Below are positions 9,801 to 16,053 of a stretch of 64,000 bases of DNA, in pieces. Each line of letters begins with the position of its first letter. The first letter of the stretch is position 1. The notes beneath the pieces are model-generated. The model had not been told where the DNA came from. It ran no database searches and saw nothing but the letters and a program-made list of their open reading frames with translations. Source of the stretch: Nautiliales bacterium. Its GTDB lineage: Bacteria > Campylobacterota > Campylobacteria > Campylobacterales > JAADDX01. Location: assembly GCA_030826765.1 (NCBI GenBank), contig JAUUDM010000016.1, positions 4,070 to 68,069 on the forward strand. The letters are read 5' to 3'. Made by a program: the position numbers and the translations under genes.

Positions 9801-10264
9801 ATATGGAAGAGGGATTTTTAGAATTTTTTAAAGATATGGTTATTGTTAATGAGTTAGATTTTAAAAATTTTTCTTTAGAAATTACAGAAAGAGAAAGTAT
9901 TGAAAATACTGAACTTACTAAAAATTTTGTAAAAGAGTTAAAAAAAGTCGGAGTAAAACTTGAAATTGATGACTTTGGTGTTGCTTATTCTAATTTAAAA
10001 CAGACTGTGAGTATTGATTTTGATATTTTAAAAATTGATAAGAGTTTCGTAGATAAAATTTATGAAGAAAAAATTCAAATTGCAATCAAATCCACTATAT
10101 TTTTAGCAAAATCTTTTAATGCAAAAACAATTGCAGAAGGTGTTGAAACAAAAGAACAGTTAGAAATTTTAAAAGAATTAGGAGTTGATTACATTCAAGG
10201 ATACTATTTTGCAAAACCTATGCCGTTTAATAAAGCAGTTGAATATTTAAAATTACATATATAA
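6896..10264 (+). CDS. Membrane-anchored CHASE4-like sensor with PAS domains, a degenerate GGDEF domain and an EAL domain (likely c-di-GMP phosphodiesterase)
   Basis: 1122 aa. N-terminal TM, then DWGEWDDAYNFV (CHASE4-type motif), then a second TM (FFLHFILLIIITYIILFVLGIYFV). PAS-like segments follow. The GGDEF position reads RMYDDRF (degenerate). EAL motifs appear intact: FEALLRL, EITERE, DDFGVAYSNL, KIDKSF, AEGVET, QGYYFAKP. Confidence 0.85.
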   Translation: MNFKKLSLKYFIIFIFVNIFLVTLSGLFLFNHIFKEDTTFYVNEKIKTVDFIIHKEASLLKKLSVDWGEWDDAYNFVNDKNKEFINNNFGGNTTLIDLGIKEIIFLDKNLNLVYGRIVDKNKEKEIKKLPPFDYSKNGFNIYFLNHKLYLVYIHDITNTKKNKKNGKIVVFKYLNKKCFEKNGFQILKITCKHYNTLYKIKENSLIIYYPLDKEITLKIAVDFSKVVHLINEFFLHFILLIIITYIILFVLGIYFVNKITEDIEFIFNILSKGIKDSKALEALKNYKFNISEFELINTLFEKLYEKLYDFEQIYNILDQDAPFGVLIYNKNILYGNKFFLNLFSLNKEELKNLDPLVFFKDKSLKEKIAEINRKILNGEKIIFKYSTEIFYKNKNIYVFMVSFPVIYNNNKAIMTFAIDLTKQMEYQEIINRILNSIPVIVFEHSKNGENNITISENIEKILGFKVNEIDENWWVLHLHPKDKERILNEQDELKIKGKLNHIYRLRKKDGSYIWVNEYVFYKKENKEKIYGLVEDLTEEEIIKKLNASLSEINQFLIKAGNKKSIIDYICKKMIESEVFKFAWIGKVKDNKVIPLKHFGEGKEYLDDLVIEISDGVLSKGPTGEVLYNSNIIGINSNTFTNEKISPWREKQIKSGFFSSIAVRLIDDLTINLYSEFTDFYTQEVLNIISSIRSSFMMACEKNKYIEKLQYLTFYDEITNLGNLNKFKKDFNEYHDKYILCMINIKDFTSINSNFGFEFGNKVLKKVAEELKKHLKKEDEVYRMYDDRFLLFFKTDIWNFDIIHNLTQRISDIFSEEGLLIDNNTIFLEINGSIISSKDIEKEKALEGLIYAYVFVKKVVNKCVIYQPWMYEEVKERIYLKELLFRAIREKLFDVYFQPIVDINSYKVVQFEALLRLKDKNKFVNMEKFINIANELQLVPEITKIVVEKVTKYLKTCKNVVVSVNISKIDMEEGFLEFFKDMVIVNELDFKNFSLEITERESIENTELTKNFVKELKKVGVKLEIDDFGVAYSNLKQTVSIDFDILKIDKSFVDKIYEEKIQIAIKSTIFLAKSFNAKTIAEGVETKEQLEILKELGVDYIQGYYFAKPMPFNKAVEYLKLHI

Positions 10265-10468
10265 AAGGACATTGATGATAAAAACTATTTGATACCATTT
10301 CTTTAATTACAATCTTAAATCCAATAGCAGCTGCGGCTATTATGATTTATCTTGTTAATACCAATTTCAAAATATCTAATAACTTTGATAGAATAAAGGT
10401 ATGGGAATAGTAAGATATAATAAATGAGAGTGAAGAAGAATTAAAAGAGTTGTTAAGAAAAGAAAAAA

Positions 10469-10588
10469 ATGCCAAGACTTGAAGAGTGTGTGAATTACTT
10501 TTTTGGTCATCAAAATACTGGATATCATGATGCTTTAGAAGATGTTAAAATGACACTTAAAGTATATGAAAAGTTAGTTTTTGGATAG
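10469..10588 (+). pseudogene. Duplicated 3' fragment (last 39 codons) of the DEDDh exonuclease gene
   Basis: Translates to MPRLEECVNYFFGHQNTGYHDALEDVKMTLKVYEKLVFG*. It aligns base for base with 6527-6646 with 7 mismatches in 120 nt by manual alignment (5 synonymous, 1 Ala-to-Thr, and TAA to TAG). There is no upstream exonuclease-domain coding sequence. Confidence 0.8.
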
Positions 10589-10659
10589 AAGTTTATTAAA
10601 AATAATTTTTTGTGATATAATTTAACATTATTATTGATTTTTAATATCAAGGAATTTTT

Positions 10660-11470
10660 ATGAAACTCTCAAAAACTTTTAAAATCATTGGATTTGGTAC
10701 TTTACTTATAATGTCTCTATTTTTTATAATATTTAATGTAATTGATGAATATAATGAATATCAAGAAGAAGTAACTCACGAAATAAATAAATATATTCTA
10801 ATAGAAAAACAAAAATTAAAAGAAAAAGTTAATTTGTTTGCTGAGGAATTTGAATATATTTTAAATAATATAAAGGCTCTAGAAAAGTTAAAAATCAATA
10901 AGCCCATATTTCTTTTTGGATGATATAAGTAACACAGCTTTATACTTTGATATAACAAAAACAATGATAAGAAAAAGTTGTGAAGTTTTTAAAAATAGAA
11001 AAGAAGATTTTTCTATTAATTTTTCATATAAAGATTTACATAATGAAGATATTAAAAGTTATTTAATTGAACAAATAGAAAAATATAATCTTCAAAATAG
11101 AGTAATAATAGAACTTCTTGAAACTGAAGCTATGGAAGATTTTAAAGAAGTTGTTAAATTTATTAAAGAAATGCATCCTTATGGAATTAAAATAGCAATA
11201 GATGATTTTGGAACAGGATATAGTAATTTTAGTTATTTAGCAGATATTAAACCAGATTATCTAAAAATAGATGGAAGTTTAGTTAAAACTATTGATAAAA
11301 ACAAAAGGTATTATACAATTGTAAAACATGTAAATGCCTTTGCACATGATCTTGGTATCCAAACTATTGCTGAATTTGTACATAATGAAGAAGTTTATAA
11401 TACATTAAAAGAAATAGGTATTGATGCTTTTCAAGGATATTATTTTGCTGAACCAAAAGAAAAAATATAA
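10660..11470 (+). pseudogene. TM-anchored, N-terminally truncated EAL-domain gene split into two frames (10660-10923 and 10916-11470); probable frameshifted or decayed gene
   Basis: ORF1 is a TM helix plus a coiled segment ending KPIFLFG*. ORF2 is in the +1 frame, starts at a TTG, and carries only the distal EAL motifs (ELLETE, DDFGTGYSNF, KIDGSL, AEFVH in place of AEGVE, QGYYFAEP). It lacks the EAL-x-R segment. The frame switch lies at the T5 run at 10913-10917. Confidence 0.5.
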
Positions 11471-11519
11471 AGTTTAGTTATTATTTATCAAGTTTATTTA
11501 AAAAATTTACTAACATATC

Positions 11520-11548
11520 TTGACATATTTTATAAAAATTGATATAAT
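11520..11548 (+). promoter_or_regulatory. Sigma70-type promoter, exact TTGACA-N17-TATAAT, for the hsp20 gene
   Basis: TTGACA at 11520-11525, a 17-nt spacer, TATAAT at 11543-11548. It lies ~45 nt upstream of the RBS-supported ATG at 11595. Confidence 0.6.
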
Positions 11549-11594
11549 TTTAGTACAAAATAACAAAATATCATATGTAATAAAGGAGGAAAAA

Positions 11595-12017
11595 ATGTGG
11601 CCAACAGTATTTGATCCTTTTAAAGAATTACAAGATATAGAAAGAAGATTAGGAGCAGTTCTTCATACAAATAAACCTGTTCAAAAAGTAGAAACTTTTA
11701 CACCTGCAGTTAATGAAAAAGTAGAGGAAAAAGGGTATCATTTAGAAATAGATTTACCTGGAGTAAAAAAAGAAGATATTGAAACAAGTGTAAATGATAA
11801 TATATTAACTATTTCAGGTGAAAGAAAACTTGAACAACAAGAAGAAAAAGATAATTATACAAGAATTGAAAGTTTCTTTGGTAGATTTGAAAGAAGCTTT
11901 AAATTACCATCTGATGCGGATGTTGAAAATATTGAAGCTAAATTTGATGATGGTGTTTTAAAAATATTTATTCCTAAAAAACCTAAAGCTGCAGGTAAAA
12001 AAATAGAAATTAAATAA
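11595..12017 (+). CDS. Small heat-shock protein, Hsp20/alpha-crystallin family
   Basis: AAGGAGG at 11583-11589 precedes the ATG at 11595. Alpha-crystallin core: YHLEIDLPGVKKEDIETSVNDNILTISGER...FGRFERSFKLP...AKFDDGVLKIFIPK. The longer TTG start in the ORF track (11520) is the -35 box of the promoter. Confidence 0.9.
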   Translation: MWPTVFDPFKELQDIERRLGAVLHTNKPVQKVETFTPAVNEKVEEKGYHLEIDLPGVKKEDIETSVNDNILTISGERKLEQQEEKDNYTRIESFFGRFERSFKLPSDADVENIEAKFDDGVLKIFIPKKPKAAGKKIEIK

Positions 12018-12039
12018 GATACTTTTTGATAGTTTTATC

Positions 12040-12062
12040 ATTCCCAACTTATAGTTGGGAAT
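12040..12062. terminator. Hairpin between the convergent hsp20 and Fur-family genes (possible bidirectional terminator)
   Basis: ATTCCCAACT-TAT-AGTTGGGAAT forms a 10-bp perfect stem. The flanks are only weakly T-rich. Confidence 0.5.
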
Positions 12063-12065
12063 AAA

Positions 12066-12458
12066 TTATTGACACTCTTTACAAACTCCGTATAAATATA
12101 CTTCACTTTCATCAATCTCAGAAATTTCACTTAAATTAGGATTACAACTTGTTTTTATTTCAAAGTCATAAATTTTTCCACACTTTTTACAAATAAAATG
12201 TCCATGAGGCTCTTTTTTTATTTCAAAATGTGATTTTGCATCTTGAGGATGAATTTCTAATAAAATTCCTTCATCTTTTAGTGTATGTATATTTTTATAT
12301 ACAGTTGCTAATGAAATTGATGGAAATTTTTCTTTTATGTGTGCATACAAATCATCTATTGAAATATGTCCATTTTTTTGGATTGTTTGTAAAATTTCTA
12401 ATCTTTGTGGAGTTACTTTTAGAGGAGAGTTTTTTAATAGGTTTTGTGAATTTTTCAT
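12066..12458 (-). CDS. Fur-family metalloregulator, PerR-like by context
   Basis: 130 aa. Winged-helix segment KVTPQRLEILQTI...SLATVYKNIHTL, metal-site segment HGHFICKKCGKIYD, and a C-terminal CKEC. Lies directly downstream of a peroxiredoxin gene on the same strand. Confidence 0.8.
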   Translation of the reverse strand: MKNSQNLLKNSPLKVTPQRLEILQTIQKNGHISIDDLYAHIKEKFPSISLATVYKNIHTLKDEGILLEIHPQDAKSHFEIKKEPHGHFICKKCGKIYDFEIKTSCNPNLSEISEIDESEVYLYGVCKECQ

Positions 12459-12473
12459 AGTTTTTAAGAGTAA

Positions 12474-12492
12474 CTAAGAGAAAAACTCTTAG
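12474..12492 (-). terminator. Short hairpin overlapping the peroxiredoxin stop codon (weak terminator or attenuator before the Fur-family gene)
   Basis: Minus strand reads CTAAGAG-TTTTT-CTCTTAG (7-bp stem). There is no strong trailing U-run. Confidence 0.3.
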
Positions 12493-13193
12493 TCAGCCAT
12501 AATTTCTTCGATAGTAATATAATCACCAACTCTACCAGTCATTTGTTCTACGTCAGTATTTACTGGTAATGTTTTTTTACCAGGTCTCCATCCTGCAGGA
12601 CAAACTTCACCAGTTTTATATGCATGTTGATGTGCTTTGATTTGTCTTACGAATTCTTTTACACTTCTTCCAACAGGTGGAGCTTGTACTTCTTGAGCTA
12701 CAATTACACCATCTGGGTTGATTAAGAATCTTCCTCTTAAAGCAATTCCAGCATCTTCGATTAATACACCAAATTTTCTACTTAATTCAGTTGTAGGGTC
12801 AGCTGCAATTGTAAGTTTTAAATCTTTTAATAATGGTTCAGTTTCAGCAAATCTTTTATGGCTGAATTTTGTATCAGTTGATACTGCTAATACTTCACAT
12901 CCAAGTTCACCTTTGATTACATCTAAACTTGCATTCATAGCTGCAATTTCAGTTGGACATACAAATGTGAAATCTGCTGGGTAAAAACAAATAACTGACC
13001 ATTTACCTTTAAAATCTTCACTTGATACTTCTGTATAGTGTCCTGTCTCTGCATTATAAGCTTCTGCTTTGAATTCTGGTATATTTTTAAGTACTAATAC
13101 TCCTGCTTGAGTTGCTTCCATTTTATTCTCCTTAGTTTCTGTTTTATTTTCTACTACTTCTTCAGTAGCTTTTACTTCTCTTTCACAAGCCAT
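12489..13193 (-). CDS. ahpC: Typical 2-Cys peroxiredoxin (AhpC/TSA family); alternative start at 13121
   Basis: Peroxidatic motif FYPADFTFVCPTE and resolving-Cys motif GEVCPAGW. Two in-frame ATGs each have an AAGGAG RBS: 13193 (MACEREVK...) and 13121 (MEATQAGV...). The start in the ORF track (13250) lies inside the promoter -35 box. Confidence 0.9.
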   Translation of the reverse strand: MACEREVKATEEVVENKTETKENKMEATQAGVLVLKNIPEFKAEAYNAETGHYTEVSSEDFKGKWSVICFYPADFTFVCPTEIAAMNASLDVIKGELGCEVLAVSTDTKFSHKRFAETEPLLKDLKLTIAADPTTELSRKFGVLIEDAGIALRGRFLINPDGVIVAQEVQAPPVGRSVKEFVRQIKAHQHAYKTGEVCPAGWRPGKKTLPVNTDVEQMTGRVGDYITIEEIMAD

Positions 13194-13221
13194 TTTAGCT
13201 CCTTTGTGATTTTGTAGTGGA

Positions 13222-13250
13222 ATTATAATTAAAAAATAAAAAAATGTCAA
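13222..13250 (-). promoter_or_regulatory. Sigma70-type promoter, exact TTGACA-N17-TATAAT, for the peroxiredoxin/Fur-family pair
   Basis: On the minus strand, TTGACA is at 13250-13245, followed by a 17-nt spacer and TATAAT at 13227-13222. Confidence 0.6.
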
Positions 13251-13368
13251 GGATAAAAATTATTATTTAATGAAATATTTCAAAAACAAATGATTTATTG
13301 TAATCAAAATGTAAAAAATAAATAATATTATATAATTATAAAAAGAAAATATAAAGAAAGGTTTTATA

Positions 13369-13734
13369 ATGGCAAAAATTTTAATAGTTGATGATGCAAG
13401 TTTGATCAGAAGTGTGGCGCAAAAAGCTGCTGAAGAAGCAGGACATAGTGTAATTACTGCTACAAATGGTGAAGAAGGATTACAGATAACTCAAGAAAGA
13501 GATGATATAGATTTAATATTTAGTGATGTTAATATGCCAATTATGGGTGGTCTTGATATGGTAGAAAAAATAAAACAGATGGATAAATATAAATTTACTC
13601 CTATTGTTATGCTTACAACAGAATCAAATCCTGATTTAAAAGCAAGAGGAAAAGCTTTAGGTGTAAAAGCTTGGATGTTAAAACCGTTTAACAAAGCAAA
13701 ATTTTTGATGGCTATTCAAAAACTGATAGGTTAA
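13369..13734 (+). CDS. cheY: Chemotaxis response regulator CheY (single REC domain)
   Basis: 121 aa. Motifs ILIVDDAS, FSDVNMPIMGG, MLTTES and KAWMLKPF. First gene of the che operon. Confidence 0.9.
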   Translation: MAKILIVDDASLIRSVAQKAAEEAGHSVITATNGEEGLQITQERDDIDLIFSDVNMPIMGGLDMVEKIKQMDKYKFTPIVMLTTESNPDLKARGKALGVKAWMLKPFNKAKFLMAIQKLIG

Positions 13735-13738
13735 ATAT

Positions 13739-13999
13739 ATGAAAATAGAAACTGAAAAAATAGGTATTTACGAAGTAGAAAATTTAAAAAAAAGTTTATT
13801 ACAAGAACTGGAAAACTCTAATTCAATAAATATTGATTTAGAAAAAGTAAAAAAAATAGAACTTTCAGCTATTCAGTTATTTGTTTCTTTAAAAAAAAGT
13901 TGTGATGAAAAAGGTATTGTATTAACTTTTTCAAAAATAAATGAAGATATTCATAAAAATATTGAAATGAGTGGATGCGATTCTTTTTTGGGGGTATAA
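13739..13999 (+). CDS. Small STAS-domain protein (anti-sigma-antagonist fold), CheS-like by position
   Basis: 86 aa. STAS-like pattern INIDLEKVKKIELSAIQLFVSLKKSCDEKGIVLTFSKINEDIHKNIEMSG. Starts 4 nt after cheY and abuts the cheA start. Confidence 0.55.
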   Translation: MKIETEKIGIYEVENLKKSLLQELENSNSINIDLEKVKKIELSAIQLFVSLKKSCDEKGIVLTFSKINEDIHKNIEMSGCDSFLGV

Positions 14000-16051
14000 A
14001 TGGATGAATTAGATTTATTTCGTGAAGATTCAGAAGAACAACTTCAAGCAATGGAGAATGCTCTTGTTGAAGCTAATGAAAATGGTGTTGATGAAGAGAT
14101 AATAGGATCAATTTTCAGAGCTATGCATACTATTAAAGGAAGTGCCGGTATGTTTGGCTTTGATAATGTAGTTAATTTTACTCACGTTGCAGAAAATCTT
14201 ATGAGTGAAGTAAGAAATGGAAAAGTTGAGTTAGATAGTGAATTAATTGAACTATTTTTTGGGGTTAAAGATCATGTTGAAAAGTTAATTGAATTAGAGA
14301 CGGCTTCTTTACCTTTAGACGGAGAAGTTTTAGAAAAAAATTATGATTTAATAGATAAATTAACTAAAAAACTGCCTGAAAATAATTTATTAAATGAAAT
14401 AGTGTCAATTGAACAAGAAATTAAAGAAAAAAATGATACTAATGAAGACAATACAATGTGGCATTTGTCTATTAGATTACATGAGGATTTTTTCGAATCA
14501 GGCATGGATATTTTATCAATATTCAGTTTTTTAAATAGTATGGGTGAAGTAGTTATAAATATACCAATACTTAATAATATACCGAAATTAGAAGATATTT
14601 CTCCAACAAAAGCTTATATTGGATTTGAAATTGATTTTATGACAGATGTTGATAAAGATATGATAGAAGAAGCTTTTGAATTTATATTAGATGATATTGA
14701 ATTAAAAGTCTTTAGACATAATGATGAAAAAGCTGTAAAAAAATTTTTAGAAAATGTAGAAGAATGTGTATTAAAAGAATTGAATGATAATGGTATTTTT
14801 GAAATTGAAACTTCTGTTGAAAATAAAAAAGAAATTCCAAAAATAGAAGAAAAAAAAATATCAACTCCTTCTAAAAATAAAAAATCAACCAAAAATTTTT
14901 CTTTAAGAGTTGAATCAACAAAAGTTGATCAACTAATGAATCAAATTAGTGAGATGGTGATTGCAAATGCAAAAGTTGCTCAAATGGCTGAATTAAAAGA
15001 GGATAATGAATTAGAAGAAGCTTCAGAAACACTTACTCATTTACTAGAAGAAATTAGAAATTCAGTAATGAGTATAAGAATGGTTCCTGTTGAAGACTCT
15101 TTTATTAAATTTAAAAGAATCGTAACAGATACAGCTAAAAAACTTGGAAAAGATATTGAATTTATAATTACAGGTGGAGATACTGAGCTTGATAAAACCG
15201 TTATAGAAAAAATAAATGATCCACTTGTACATATGCTTAGAAACTCTATTGATCATGGTATTGAGATGCCTCCAGAGAGAATAGCTAAAGGTAAAAATCC
15301 AAAAGGAAGAATTGAATTAAAAACTTATCCTGATGCTGGAACTATTGTTATAGAAATTATAGATGATGGTGCTGGATTGGATTCTGAGAAATTAAAACAA
15401 AAAGCTATTGATAAAGGACTGATTGATAGTAATGCAAATTTAACAGATAAAGAGTGTTTTGAACTTATTTTTCATGCAGGATTTTCTACAGCTAGTCAAG
15501 TCTCTGATATCTCAGGAAGAGGTGTTGGAATGGATGTTGTAAGAAGAAATATAGAAGAGTTAAGAGGAAAAATAGAGATTGACTCCATACTTGGTAAAGG
15601 AACTAAATTCACAATTAGACTTCCGTTAACTTTAGCTATTATAGATGGATTTTTAGTACAAGTTGGAAATAGTAAATTTGTAATTCCTTTAGATATGATT
15701 CAAGAGTGTATAGAACTTACAAAAGATTACAAAGAAAAAATGAAAGGTAATAATTTTGTAAATCTTAGAGGTGAAATATTACCTATATTTGATGTAAGAA
15801 AATATTTTAATGAAGATAAAAGCTATTATGAAAGAGAAAATATAGTGGTTGTTAGATATGCAAACTATTATATTGGTCTTTTAGTAGATGAACTTTTTGG
15901 TGAATATCATACGGTTATTAAACCTTTAGGGGAAGTATTCTCTAATGTTGCTGGAATATCAGGAGGTTCAATACTTGGAAGTGGAGAAGTGGCTCTTATA
16001 TTTGATATACCCGCATTGATTGATTATTATATAAAACAACAAAGGAGTTAA
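14000..16051 (+). CDS. cheA: Chemotaxis histidine kinase CheA
   Basis: Hpt segment FRAMHTIKGSAGMFGF, N box HMLRNSIDHGIE, G1 box DDGAGLD, G2 box GRGVGMDVV, and a C-terminal CheW-like domain. Confidence 0.95.
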   Translation: MDELDLFREDSEEQLQAMENALVEANENGVDEEIIGSIFRAMHTIKGSAGMFGFDNVVNFTHVAENLMSEVRNGKVELDSELIELFFGVKDHVEKLIELETASLPLDGEVLEKNYDLIDKLTKKLPENNLLNEIVSIEQEIKEKNDTNEDNTMWHLSIRLHEDFFESGMDILSIFSFLNSMGEVVINIPILNNIPKLEDISPTKAYIGFEIDFMTDVDKDMIEEAFEFILDDIELKVFRHNDEKAVKKFLENVEECVLKELNDNGIFEIETSVENKKEIPKIEEKKISTPSKNKKSTKNFSLRVESTKVDQLMNQISEMVIANAKVAQMAELKEDNELEEASETLTHLLEEIRNSVMSIRMVPVEDSFIKFKRIVTDTAKKLGKDIEFIITGGDTELDKTVIEKINDPLVHMLRNSIDHGIEMPPERIAKGKNPKGRIELKTYPDAGTIVIEIIDDGAGLDSEKLKQKAIDKGLIDSNANLTDKECFELIFHAGFSTASQVSDISGRGVGMDVVRRNIEELRGKIEIDSILGKGTKFTIRLPLTLAIIDGFLVQVGNSKFVIPLDMIQECIELTKDYKEKMKGNNFVNLRGEILPIFDVRKYFNEDKSYYERENIVVVRYANYYIGLLVDELFGEYHTVIKPLGEVFSNVAGISGGSILGSGEVALIFDIPALIDYYIKQQRS

Positions 16052-16053
16052 TA

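Noticed and set aside
11520-11594. Longer N-terminal extensions in the ORF track starting at TTG or similar codons: hsp20 at 11520, peroxiredoxin at 13250, cheW at 18727, X2 at 23760 and the propeller protein at 53045.
   Set aside because: The hsp20 and peroxiredoxin extensions begin inside the -35 hexamer of a perfect promoter. The others have a downstream ATG with a well-spaced AGGAG/GGAG RBS and, where relevant, a proper signal peptide.
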